A DNA stretch of 63,563 nucleotides from a virus (Duplodnaviria; Caudoviricetes). The stretch is taken from IMG/VR virus record IMGVR_UViG_3300046012_000215, positions 1-63,563 of that record, one strand, 5' to 3'. Shown here one piece after another: positions 1-9,107 of this stretch; position 1 is the stretch's first letter; every line of letters begins with the position of its first letter. Made by a program: the position numbers and the translations under genes. The notes beneath the pieces were generated by a model that saw nothing but the letters and a program-made list of their open reading frames with translations, did no database searches and had not been told where the DNA came from.

Positions 1-1
1 G

Positions 2-97
2 AGTAGCTCATAACGGCGAAGCTTTCGATCGACAGTTCTTTAAACAGTGGGGACTCAAATCAACTGGAAACGACTACAGTCTAGATTTAATTTGGAT
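2..97. repeat. Terminal direct repeat, left copy (circular assembly overlap)
   Basis: 2-97 is identical to 63465-63560 (96 bp); joining the copies restores one continuous ORF. Confidence 0.97.
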
Positions 98-449
98 TGA
101 CACACAGTTAGATGTTGAGTATCCTGAAGACTTAACTACGCGTAAACTGACTTATTTAGCTGCTGAGCATGGATTCTTAAATCCATTTGCTCACCGAGCC
201 GTATTTGATGTTCTAACAATGCTGAGAATTCTCGATAGGTATCCTATAGAGAAAGTGATCTTCTCAGCTGGGCAGCCTAACATTCTTGTTCAAGCTCTAG
301 TTAGCTATGATGCTCGGCAAAAAGCTAAAGATCAAAGTTTTCGATGGGACGCTGATAACAAAAGATGGATTCGAACTTTCAAGAAGCACAAGTATGAAGA
401 GGCTATGCTAAGTGACAAATTCGATTTTAAGACAAGGATACTTTCATGA
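3..449 (+). CDS. DEDDh 3'-5' exonuclease (DnaQ-like), C-terminal part; begins at 63199 across the junction (237 aa total)
   Basis: Frame from nt 3 reads VAHNGEAFDR...WIDT...AHRAVFDV (ExoII/ExoIII) and is in frame with track ORF 219..449. Confidence 0.9.
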   Translation, partial: VAHNGEAFDRQFFKQWGLKSTGNDYSLDLIWIDTQLDVEYPEDLTTRKLTYLAAEHGFLNPFAHRAVFDVLTMLRILDRYPIEKVIFSAGQPNILVQALVSYDARQKAKDQSFRWDADNKRWIRTFKKHKYEEAMLSDKFDFKTRILS

Positions 450-1174
450 AAATAATTAAGCCTTATGCCAGGATTATAAATCCTGAAGTTTTAAGTAGTG
501 CTCTCAAAACGATAGAGTATGCGGCGCGGATCAGTCACCGTTCAGAAGAACTCATGACGGAAGCATCAAGCGTAAGGTTTATTGATGCTGTGGTCATGAA
601 ACATGGAGATTGGAGCGTCGTTGAGCATGTCAGTGCTTCAGTGGAAATGGTCGTAGACCGTGGAATTACTCATGAAATTGTCAGGCACCGAATCGCGAGC
701 TACACTCAAGAGTCTACTCGTTTTGTTAATTACGCGAAGAAAATGCCTCCTAGCTTTATTTATCCTAGACCTGATGAAAATTGCGGGTTATGTCTTAGTG
801 GAAATGAAGCTCACCCTGAAATCATAAATGGAATCACTTACTGGTTTCATGATAAAGAGGATTGCCACTTATTAGATGATTGGATGACAGCTATTCATCA
901 ATCAGAAGAAGCATACAAAGAACTTATAGAAAATTGGGGTTGGCGTCCTCAAGAAGCCCGGAGCGTGTTTCCAAATGCTTTAGCTTCTAAAATCATTATC
1001 ACAGCCAATCTTCGCTCATGGAGACAGTTCTTATTAATGAGAACGACGAAACATCCTCAGATGAGACAAGTAACGATTCCTCTGCTCCAAGAATTCAAAA
1101 ATCTCGTTCCATTGATTTTTGATGACATAATTCCAGAATCTAGACAAGTTGATAATATCGCGAAGGGAAGATAA
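446..1174 (+). CDS. thyX: FAD-dependent thymidylate synthase
   Basis: ThyX signature RHRIASYTQESTR; also H-x-S-V-x-EH, EARSVFP and NLRSW. Confidence 0.95.
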   Translation: MKIIKPYARIINPEVLSSALKTIEYAARISHRSEELMTEASSVRFIDAVVMKHGDWSVVEHVSASVEMVVDRGITHEIVRHRIASYTQESTRFVNYAKKMPPSFIYPRPDENCGLCLSGNEAHPEIINGITYWFHDKEDCHLLDDWMTAIHQSEEAYKELIENWGWRPQEARSVFPNALASKIIITANLRSWRQFLLMRTTKHPQMRQVTIPLLQEFKNLVPLIFDDIIPESRQVDNIAKGR

Positions 1175-1176
1175 CA

Positions 1177-1401
1177 ATGTCTATTAAGAAAAATGACTCT
1201 GTAAATCATCCAAAACACTATACCTCTCACCCGTCTGGTATCGAGTGTATAGAAGTTACTCGACACATGAGATTCAATCCAGGCAACGCGATGAAGTATA
1301 TCTGGCGAGCTGAAGATAAAGGTGATACTATTGAGAACTATGAAAAAGCAATCTGGTATCTGAAAGATGAGATTGAGCGCTTGAAAAAGGAGAGAAAGTG
1401 A
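1177..1401 (+). CDS. DUF3310 / T7 gp1.7-like nucleotide kinase family protein
   Basis: VNHPKHY...GIECIE...GNAMKYIWR...KAIWYL pattern. Confidence 0.85.
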   Translation: MSIKKNDSVNHPKHYTSHPSGIECIEVTRHMRFNPGNAMKYIWRAEDKGDTIENYEKAIWYLKDEIERLKKERK

Positions 1402-1886
1402 TCACCGATCCTTTCCATATACCTTATGGCTCTCTTAACATGAATTTGGAGTTAATGGTTGAGCTTGAAAAGAATGAGAAACTTCTCAAGTTAGTGGAAG
1501 AAGTCAGAGAAATTAAATCTCGTGGATTAGTGGCTGCTATTTCTAAAAAGTATTTAGATGAAATAACACTTGAAGGCATTTGTAACGCTGATGAGCGATA
1601 TGATGGACATGAAGCTGCTAAAGTTTTAGCTATTTTGACTCACACTCAAATAGAGTGGGATTTCGATGATCCAACCTATAGATTTAGTGAGAGTCTATAT
1701 GGTGATAAACCATTCTTACCTGGAAACATTGTTAAAGTAGCAGATAAAAGCTGTAGATGGGGAAAATGGGCCTTAAAAGGTCAATCTATTGAGGAAAAGC
1801 CTGAGCTACACTATCAAATGGGAAAACGAGTCTTAAAAGGTCAATCTGTTGAGGAAAAATCTAAGTTACAAATGAGCTTATTTTGA
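1398..1886 (+). CDS. Hypothetical protein with internal 20-aa duplication and C-terminal QMSLF
   Basis: ORF overlaps both neighbours by 4 nt; no family recognised. Confidence 0.75.
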   Translation: MITDPFHIPYGSLNMNLELMVELEKNEKLLKLVEEVREIKSRGLVAAISKKYLDEITLEGICNADERYDGHEAAKVLAILTHTQIEWDFDDPTYRFSESLYGDKPFLPGNIVKVADKSCRWGKWALKGQSIEEKPELHYQMGKRVLKGQSVEEKSKLQMSLF

Positions 1887-3415
1887 AGGGTGAAAGTATG
1901 AAATATAAGATCGTAGGTCCTCCTGGAACAGGAAAAACAACTAAACTTCTTGAGTTCTTGGAAAAAGAACTAGATAATGGTACAGCTCCGGAGCGAATCG
2001 GGTTCTTGACTTTCACCAGAGCTGCTCGTTTAGAGGCTCTGACTAGAGTTAGGTTGAGTGAAAAAGAACTCATCAATCTTCGAACTATTCACTCAATATG
2101 CTATCGAGAGTTAAATTTGAGAAAAGGAGCCATGATAACAGCTCATGATTTAGGTTGTTTTGGAGATACCACAGGCCAGAGAATCTCAGGCAATCTCCAT
2201 AATCCATGGTTCGAGGAAGGTTCAAGTAGTCTTTGGGCTGAAACTGATGCGGACAGACTTCTTCAATTAAGTAACTATGGACGTCATCGAGGTATTCTTC
2301 TTAAAGAAGCGTTGACTGAAGCTAATATCAATTTAGACTATAAATTTGCAGTTTGGTTGATCAAAGCTTACAAATCTTGGAAGATTTATGATGACAAGTT
2401 AGATTACACAGACCTATTAATAGCTTATTTGGAAAGAGGTAAGCCTTTAGAGGTTGATGTCATGTTTGTTGATGAAGCTCAAGATCTATCTCCTCTCCAG
2501 TGGGAAGTAGTAGGAAAACTCGGCTCTAAGGCTCAGAGATGGTACATGGCTGGAGATGATGACCAATCAATTTTTGGCTGGGCGGGAGCCAATGGATTAG
2601 CTTTTCAAGAGCTTCAAACCGATCAAACTATAATTTTAGACCAATCTCATCGAGTTTCAAAAGCTGTTTATTCTGTGGCCATGGGAATAGCTGGTCGAAT
2701 AACACAAAGAATACCTAAAAAGTACAACCCTACCAATTCTCCTGGAGAGTATTTAGCTTCAGCTTATCTTCGAGCATTAGATTTGAATGAGAAAACTTTT
2801 CTATTAATTAGAAATCATTATAGAGAAGTCGATCTCACAAAGATACTAATGGATGAAGGAGTTCCCTTTATCGGATTAAGGAGCCCATTAGCTAGTCCAG
2901 AGCTTAGAGGTACCCTTCAAAGTTGGTATAAAGTCGTTAAAGAAGGAGAGATAAGCTCTGGATCAGCTTCAGTTCTAGTGAAAAACATTGCTGAAGATTA
3001 TCTAAATCCAGTCTCTAAGAAAAAGATTAAAGAGAACCAGCCTCTTATCAACATTAATGATATATTCTTAAGAACTCCTAATCTGTCAGACTGGACATTC
3101 ACAATAGCTGAAAAACCTACTTGGTGCTCATCAAAAGCAGAATGGGTTGAACAAATAGCCTGGCTACAAAGGTGTATTCAATCAGTGGGATTCTGGAAGA
3201 CAGTTAAACCTAATATCGAGATGATGTCTATTCATCAGTCTAAAGGAAAAGAAGCTCATACTGTGATTTTAGACACTGAAGTTAGCAAGTCTACCTGGGA
3301 CTCAATGCTTAATAATCCAGATGAGGAGCACAGAGTATGGTACGTGGGAGCCACTAGAGCCAAGGAAAGACTCTTCACTTTATTTCCATCTGGCATTTAT
3401 TCTTACCAGATTTAA
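1883..3415 (+). CDS. UvrD/Rep-like superfamily 1 helicase
   Basis: GPPGTGKT, FVDEAQD, GDDDQSIF, SIHQSKGKE, YVGATRAK; start may be ATG at 1898. Confidence 0.93.
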   Translation: MKGESMKYKIVGPPGTGKTTKLLEFLEKELDNGTAPERIGFLTFTRAARLEALTRVRLSEKELINLRTIHSICYRELNLRKGAMITAHDLGCFGDTTGQRISGNLHNPWFEEGSSSLWAETDADRLLQLSNYGRHRGILLKEALTEANINLDYKFAVWLIKAYKSWKIYDDKLDYTDLLIAYLERGKPLEVDVMFVDEAQDLSPLQWEVVGKLGSKAQRWYMAGDDDQSIFGWAGANGLAFQELQTDQTIILDQSHRVSKAVYSVAMGIAGRITQRIPKKYNPTNSPGEYLASAYLRALDLNEKTFLLIRNHYREVDLTKILMDEGVPFIGLRSPLASPELRGTLQSWYKVVKEGEISSGSASVLVKNIAEDYLNPVSKKKIKENQPLININDIFLRTPNLSDWTFTIAEKPTWCSSKAEWVEQIAWLQRCIQSVGFWKTVKPNIEMMSIHQSKGKEAHTVILDTEVSKSTWDSMLNNPDEEHRVWYVGATRAKERLFTLFPSGIYSYQI

Positions 3416-3445
3416 ACTAATGCAAATGGTTTTTGAAAAAAGTTG

Positions 3446-3475
3446 TGTACAACTGGGTAATGGTTTGATTATAAT
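3446..3475 (+). promoter_or_regulatory. Phage sigma70-type promoter TGTACA-N18-TATAAT
   Basis: One of nine copies of a conserved motif, upstream of ORF 3507. Confidence 0.75.
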
Positions 3476-3506
3476 AAATTTAGGATGAGGATAGGAAAAG
3501 ATACTC

Positions 3507-4124
3507 ATGGAAATTCGTGAGTTTACTCAATACAACGAGAGACTACCATTCACCGGATTCGGTGTATGGATATCACTTGGCAGCATAGACCGTAAAGTCC
3601 ACCTTCTTCACCCCATTCATCTCGTGGAATACTTCGCAACGGAGTATGAAATGGCTAAATGGGGAGGTTCAATTCTTTGGCCTTTCAATAACTCTGGAAG
3701 CCATATTAATTTTGAAGCTTTTGTCGAAAGATTCGAAAAAAGAATCAAAATCTTTCTTGAGAGTGGACGATCTTTTCCTATAGATTCAGTTGCTAGAGCA
3801 TTGGCTGATTTAAAGGAAATTTCCTTAGACGAAGCATTCAAGTTTATAGGAGATAACTCCTTAAACAAGAATGGAGAATCTTTTTCTAATTATGTCTCCA
3901 ACAAAACAGTTGATCGATACAATATTAGAAAAGGAGCAAATACATTCAAGTTGGAAGGAAGAGCCCTGACGATCATTGAAGCTTTAAAAGAAAATGGGCC
4001 AATGTCAATTCAGCAACTTAATACTTATCTAGAAGGAAGAATGAAGACGATTAATCCAATTAATCGAGCAGTCACGTACTATGTAAACAAGTTTGCTCGA
4101 ATGGGCATTCTTGATAAGATCTAA
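3507..4124 (+). CDS. Hypothetical protein with C-terminal winged-helix domain
   Basis: C-terminus (IIEALKENGPMSIQQL...AVTYYVNKFARMGIL) resembles wHTH and ORFs 4148 and 49703. Confidence 0.65.
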   Translation: MEIREFTQYNERLPFTGFGVWISLGSIDRKVHLLHPIHLVEYFATEYEMAKWGGSILWPFNNSGSHINFEAFVERFEKRIKIFLESGRSFPIDSVARALADLKEISLDEAFKFIGDNSLNKNGESFSNYVSNKTVDRYNIRKGANTFKLEGRALTIIEALKENGPMSIQQLNTYLEGRMKTINPINRAVTYYVNKFARMGILDKI

Positions 4125-4147
4125 AAATCAAACCAAGGAGAATTACA

Positions 4148-4534
4148 ATGAGTGAGACAGCCGTAGCAGAACAGCCGAAAAAGAGCAAGAAGGGTAACAA
4201 GGACAACACAACCGTCGAGACCGCTAAGGTTCCTCGTGAGGGCGCCAAGGCTGTAGGAAAGGCTTCGACTTTCCGGATTCTCGATGGAGTCGATGCGGCC
4301 AAGTTCCGTGGTCAGCGGCAGCATGTCGTGAATGCGCTTAAGAAGTTGGGAGAAGGTAACCCGAATGCTTCATTCACGATTGCTCAGATCGCCGAGAACT
4401 GCAATGACTTGGTCACGAAGACTCCGATTGATGCTTCCATCAAGTATCATCTGGGCTTCCTGGTGAAGGATAAGGAAGTTCAGGAGATCGGAGCAGAACC
4501 CGCGGCACCTGAAGCTGAGAAGGCCGCAGCTTAA
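4148..4534 (+). CDS. Small winged-helix DNA-binding protein, paralogue of 49703..50017
   Basis: KFRGQRQHVV...TIAQIA...SIKYHL; strong RBS AAGGAG; GC-shifted codons. Confidence 0.7.
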   Translation: MSETAVAEQPKKSKKGNKDNTTVETAKVPREGAKAVGKASTFRILDGVDAAKFRGQRQHVVNALKKLGEGNPNASFTIAQIAENCNDLVTKTPIDASIKYHLGFLVKDKEVQEIGAEPAAPEAEKAAA

Positions 4535-4552
4535 CCTCATAAATCGACTTCG

Positions 4553-4596
4553 TGTAGGGTACCGTTTTCTAGGTGCCCTACATTAGGTTTTCTTTT
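4553..4596 (+). terminator. Intrinsic terminator-like hairpin
   Basis: TGTAGGGTACC/GGTGCCCTACA stem followed by a T-rich run. Confidence 0.6.
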
Positions 4597-4625
4597 AAGT
4601 TTAGGAATGTGAAAGGTTAAGTCCG

Positions 4626-5546
4626 ATGGGTAGAGTAGTAATTTTAGAAGGACCAGATGGTGGAGGTAAAACTACTCTAGCCAAGAAATTAGTCGAAAGA
4701 GGTTTTGATTATAAGCATGAAGGACCTCCAACTAAGAAAAATGTAATAGACTATTACAAGATTAAAATCAATGATGCCTTAAACACGAAGGGCGATACTG
4801 TTTTCGACCGCCTGTGGTTAGGTGAAAGAGTGTATGGGCCCATTTGTCGAGATGAAGACAAAGTTGGAGTAATGGGACATAGACTGTTCGATAGGCTTTT
4901 AGCCTCTAAGCCTATCTTGATGTATTACTGTTGCCCGAGTCTAGAGACAGCTCGTAAAAACTATCAGATAAAGCTGAATGAACCTTCAGACTATTTGAAG
5001 TCCACTGTTAAATGGAATATAGTTTACGAGAGATATCTTGAAGTTATTGGTTTTGATTCTTTCATCAGACACTACAATTATGAAGAGGATGGAGATCAGT
5101 TAGATCAACTACTAAAGCCTTTTGACTGTATGCGTAATCTACCAAAAGGCACTATTGGAAGTACGACAGCTAAGTATTTATTCGTCGCTGATAAACCCAA
5201 TAGTATGTTTGCTGATTTTCCTTTCTTCGAAACTAACAACTCTAGTGGATATTTCAATGAAGCCCTTGAGTGGGCTGGGGTGAAGGAATCAGATTTAGCT
5301 ATTTCAAATGCCTACGACCATACTGGGAAACCTCATAGTTTACGTGAAATGGCTCAAAGTCTTCCAAAGCTTGAGAAACTGATAATTATGTCAAGTTCAG
5401 CTCGAAGCTGGTACTTTAAAGAGACTAAAGACTCAATAAATTCTTTAAAGGTTAATTTTACTGATCACCCTTCTTATCTTAAAAGATTCAAAGGCCATAA
5501 TCCTAGTATTATGGGAAGACTAATCAAGGAGATTATAAATGGCTAG
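4626..5546 (+). CDS. dNMP kinase fused to a uracil-DNA-glycosylase-superfamily domain
   Basis: N-term EGPDGGGKTT and FDRLWLGERVYG; C-term GSTTAKYLFVADKP...FPF...SSG...ISNA...HPSY follows family-4 UDG motif order. Confidence 0.8.
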   Translation: MGRVVILEGPDGGGKTTLAKKLVERGFDYKHEGPPTKKNVIDYYKIKINDALNTKGDTVFDRLWLGERVYGPICRDEDKVGVMGHRLFDRLLASKPILMYYCCPSLETARKNYQIKLNEPSDYLKSTVKWNIVYERYLEVIGFDSFIRHYNYEEDGDQLDQLLKPFDCMRNLPKGTIGSTTAKYLFVADKPNSMFADFPFFETNNSSGYFNEALEWAGVKESDLAISNAYDHTGKPHSLREMAQSLPKLEKLIIMSSSARSWYFKETKDSINSLKVNFTDHPSYLKRFKGHNPSIMGRLIKEIING

Positions 5547-6378
5547 ACTCATTCATAGCTTGACTTTTGGAAAAGCTTGGGACAGCCTCTTAGGCTCTTT
5601 GATTAATTCTGAGAAAAAAGTGTCCCCTAGGGGTTTTCCTACTAAAGAAATACTAAATGTAACAATTGAAGTAGAGCTTGGGCTAGCTAATATCTTAGTC
5701 TCTGATATCAGAAAACTGAACTATAAATTCATGGTAGCTGAATGGCTTTGGATCATGGCTGGACTAGAAGATGTACACATTCTTTCCAAGTACAATTCAG
5801 TAATGAAAAAGTTCAGTGATGATGGTGAGATTCTTTCAGGAGCCTATGGTCCAAGATTAATGCCTCAGCTACCATATATTCTGAATAAGCTGCAAGCTTC
5901 AGATACGAGACAAGCGATTGCTACTATTTGGACTCCTTCACCTACTGATTCTAAAGACATTCCTTGTACTATTTCCTTGCAGTGGCTAATTAGGGAGGCT
6001 CACCTTCACTGCACCATAAATATGAGAAGTTCAGATATTTGGTTAGGACTTCCTTATGACTTTTTCAATTTCTCTCAAATCACTAATTACATCGCCTATT
6101 GGCTAAAATTACCAGTAGGCTCAATCACTATGAATTTAGCTTCTTCTCACTTATACGAGTCTAATTTTGAGGTTGCTGAAAAAGCGTGGGGTGGTGTTGT
6201 CAAAACGGCGCAGTCCCCTATGCTAGAGGGGTGGATGACTCTTGAAGAACTAAATCATATACTTGAACATCCTGAGTCATCTACAGGTCCATATGCTAGA
6301 GTCTTAACAGGAAGCAGCCAGCAGGCATTGGAGGTGCTAATTGAGCTCGGAAATAAATCTTTCATCTCGCCCATCTAA
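5539..6378 (+). CDS. Thymidylate-synthase-fold enzyme, probable dCMP hydroxymethylase/modifying enzyme
   Basis: GAYGPR, DTRQA, DIPCT, MRSSDIWLGLPYD, SSHLY; Asp at the Asn177-equivalent specificity position. Confidence 0.8.
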   Translation: MARLIHSLTFGKAWDSLLGSLINSEKKVSPRGFPTKEILNVTIEVELGLANILVSDIRKLNYKFMVAEWLWIMAGLEDVHILSKYNSVMKKFSDDGEILSGAYGPRLMPQLPYILNKLQASDTRQAIATIWTPSPTDSKDIPCTISLQWLIREAHLHCTINMRSSDIWLGLPYDFFNFSQITNYIAYWLKLPVGSITMNLASSHLYESNFEVAEKAWGGVVKTAQSPMLEGWMTLEELNHILEHPESSTGPYARVLTGSSQQALEVLIELGNKSFISPI

Positions 6379-6853
6379 ACATGATTATTTTCTTAAAATG
6401 TTGGAACTAGTAGCTTCTAGAAGCACGTGTATTCGTCGAGCTGTTGGAGCAATTATAACAGACAAGGACGGACATGTCTTATCTACCGGATACAATGGAG
6501 TTCCAAAGGATTTCGATCACTGTACCGATTTACCTTGCTTAGGAGCTAAAGATAAGCCCGGTGATACTTCTAACTGTATGGCTGTACATGCTGAACAAAA
6601 TGCATTGCTACAGTGCTCCAATCTTTTATCTGCTCATACGATTTACTGTACTATGTCTCCCTGCTTCGTGTGTGCTAAGTTAATAGCTAACACCAATATT
6701 GAACAAATAATCTGTGTAGACAGTTACTCAGACATTAGAGGACTTAAAGTTTTAATGGATCGTGGATGTATCATAAACGTAAATGGCAAAGATTTTCGAG
6801 AAACTTGGAACGATATCGTGAGAGAGGCTAATGAAAAGACTCTCATCGAGTAG
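6341..6853 (+). CDS. dCMP deaminase
   Basis: STCIRRAVGA, GYNG, HAEQNA, PCFVC zinc motifs. Confidence 0.93.
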   Translation: MSSEINLSSRPSKHDYFLKMLELVASRSTCIRRAVGAIITDKDGHVLSTGYNGVPKDFDHCTDLPCLGAKDKPGDTSNCMAVHAEQNALLQCSNLLSAHTIYCTMSPCFVCAKLIANTNIEQIICVDSYSDIRGLKVLMDRGCIINVNGKDFRETWNDIVREANEKTLIE

Positions 6854-8714
6854 TGAACTGATCGGTAGCTTATTTAGTGGAACAGCAGAGCCTACTGGAT
6901 GGTTAGCTCCAACTGAGTTTCCTGATTTCTCTAACTATCCAAAGGAGGCTCATTTTGGATTCGACTCCGAAACAACTTCAAAAGATCCGAATAGTGCTAG
7001 GCCCGTCGGAATCTCCATCTGTACACCCGACTTTAAAACGTATTACTTTCCTTTCGGCCATCGAGGTGGAGGGAATCTTGACGAAAAGTCTGTACTTAGA
7101 TGGGCCCAAACAAATTTGGCTGGAAGACATCTCTCAATCCTCAACGCAAAGTATGACGTACGTGTTTGTTCTAGGTGGGGTCTTGACTTCGAGGAAAAGG
7201 ATATTCAAGTTCATGATCCGGCTTTTAAGGCGGCTCTATTGGATGAAAATAGAAGACGCTTTAATCTTCGTGACTTATCGCTCGAGATTATCGGTGACGG
7301 GAAACTCGACCTTGAAGAACCGAAATCAAATATCGCCGATCTCCCAGCATCAGAGGTGGGGCATTATGCGGAGCGTGACGCTCTGTTACACCTTAGACTC
7401 GATGTTGCTCAACAAGTGGAAATTAACAATCAAGGACTTGAAAAAGTATGCGAACTGGAGGACGGATTAATCTTCTCTACTGTAGGTATGGAGTCTACAG
7501 CAGCCTTAATAGATAGACCAAAGTTAGAGCAATGGATCAGAGAAGTTGATTTAACTCACCAAGCAGCGATCTTAGAACTTCATCGAATTACTGGATTAAA
7601 GATAAATCCTAACTCCACTAAAGACTTAACCAAATTATTCAATGTTCTAAGCATCGCTTTACCTAAGAGAGAAGAAGAATTAGGCGGTGGAGAAACTTTT
7701 GAAGAAGAGTATCTTTCTAAAGTTAATCATCCTTGCGTTAAACTAGTCATAGCTGCCCGAAAGTTACATTCACTAAATTCAAAATACTTCAAAAAATATC
7801 TTAAGAATCTTGATCATAATAACATTCTGAGATATTCTCTTCATCAATTAAGAGGTGATGAATTTGGTACTGTTACAGGGAGATACGCCTCTGCTGCCCC
7901 CTCTTCTGGTGGCTGCAATATAACTCAGGTTATGAAAGTTGAATCACAACTTGAAGAAGAAGATATTGCTAAATGGATAGTTCGAGAGCTTTTTATTCCA
8001 GAGCCTGGAAAATTCTATGTCTCAGCAGACGCTAGTCAAATAGAGTTTAGATGGTTCGCTCACTACTCAAAATCTCAGAAACTCATTAAAGATTATTGCA
8101 CTGATCCTCTAATGGATTTTCATCAATTAGTGGCTAACATGCTAGGTCAGAAGAGAAAGGACGCGAAGCACAATAATTTCGGGAAATTGTATACGATGGG
8201 GGTAGTGAAGTTAGCTAGAAAACTAGGAATGTCTTGCAACTGCGGCTGCGCTATTGATCGACAGTGGAATAAAGCAGAACATCGGTCAGAGTGTAAAATG
8301 CAGCAAGCTTTCAAAATATCTAAAGAGTATGATGAGAAGTTTCCTGAAGCTCAAAAGCTTTCAAAAGAAGCCATGAGTGTGGCTAAAAACCGCGGCTATG
8401 TCCGAACAATCATGGGGCGCCGAAGACGGTACCCCACCGGCGAGAGACTTCATTCAGCTTTAAATGCCATTATCCAAGGAACTGCGGCTGATACTTTAAA
8501 AGTAAAAATTTTTGAAACTTGGAGAAATAGAAAGTTTCTTGGAATAACACCTAGAGCCTGCGTGCACGATGAAATCGATGGAGATATCGAAGATCCGTCC
8601 AAGGCTAAGGAGTTTAAGGAGCTGCTCGAGGCACCGGATGAAAGAATTCCGTGCCGCGTTCCACTGATTTGGCAAGTAGAAACTGGAAAAAATTGGAGAG
8701 AGTGTACTGAATAA
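6831..8714 (+). CDS. DNA polymerase family A with 3'-5' exonuclease
   Basis: Exo DSET/NAKYD/YAERD; TGRYAS; motif A DASQIEFR; motif B RKDAKHNNFGKLY; motif C VHDEI. Confidence 0.95.
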   Translation: MKRLSSSSELIGSLFSGTAEPTGWLAPTEFPDFSNYPKEAHFGFDSETTSKDPNSARPVGISICTPDFKTYYFPFGHRGGGNLDEKSVLRWAQTNLAGRHLSILNAKYDVRVCSRWGLDFEEKDIQVHDPAFKAALLDENRRRFNLRDLSLEIIGDGKLDLEEPKSNIADLPASEVGHYAERDALLHLRLDVAQQVEINNQGLEKVCELEDGLIFSTVGMESTAALIDRPKLEQWIREVDLTHQAAILELHRITGLKINPNSTKDLTKLFNVLSIALPKREEELGGGETFEEEYLSKVNHPCVKLVIAARKLHSLNSKYFKKYLKNLDHNNILRYSLHQLRGDEFGTVTGRYASAAPSSGGCNITQVMKVESQLEEEDIAKWIVRELFIPEPGKFYVSADASQIEFRWFAHYSKSQKLIKDYCTDPLMDFHQLVANMLGQKRKDAKHNNFGKLYTMGVVKLARKLGMSCNCGCAIDRQWNKAEHRSECKMQQAFKISKEYDEKFPEAQKLSKEAMSVAKNRGYVRTIMGRRRRYPTGERLHSALNAIIQGTAADTLKVKIFETWRNRKFLGITPRACVHDEIDGDIEDPSKAKEFKELLEAPDERIPCRVPLIWQVETGKNWRECTE

Positions 8715-8726
8715 AGAAAGGAATTA

Positions 8727-9107
8727 ATGAGACTAACTGAATTTAAGAAAATGATTCACGGCGAACTGCCTAAAATAGTTTGCCTTTGTGGTTCAACTAA
8801 GTTCTATAAGCAGTTCATGCAGGCTAATTTTGAAGAGACAATGAAAGGTAATATAGTTCTTTCAGTTGGTTTTTTCATGCACAGTGCTCATGAATTAGAT
8901 TGGACTAAGCGAGAGCACGGAGAAACCATCGGAATCACTGCTGAAGAAAAGATAGCTCTAGATGAGCTACATAAGAGAAAAATCGACTTATGTGATGAGG
9001 TTCTAGTTTTAAACGTGGGTGGCTACATCGGTGAGTCGACATTCAGTGAAATAGCTTATGCAAAGCATCACTATAAAGTAGTGAGGTATTTAGAATGCGA
9101 ATCTTAG
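8727..9107 (+). CDS. Nucleoside 2-deoxyribosyltransferase-like protein
   Basis: LCGSTKF...HKRKIDLCDEVLVLNVGGYIGEST.SEI.YA pattern. Confidence 0.7.
   Translation: MRLTEFKKMIHGELPKIVCLCGSTKFYKQFMQANFEETMKGNIVLSVGFFMHSAHELDWTKREHGETIGITAEEKIALDELHKRKIDLCDEVLVLNVGGYIGESTFSEIAYAKHHYKVVRYLECES

Noticed and set aside
2-97. Biological terminal repeat (T7-like)
   Set aside because: The repeat lies mid-gene and has mismatched outer bases, typical of an assembly overlap
5539-6378. Call as ordinary thyA
   Set aside because: Asp at the specificity position, a separate ThyX and the glycosyltransferase context argue against it
6955-7470. 171-aa alternative-frame ORF inside the polymerase
   Set aside because: Fully overlaps the conserved exonuclease motifs; no RBS or recognisable motif
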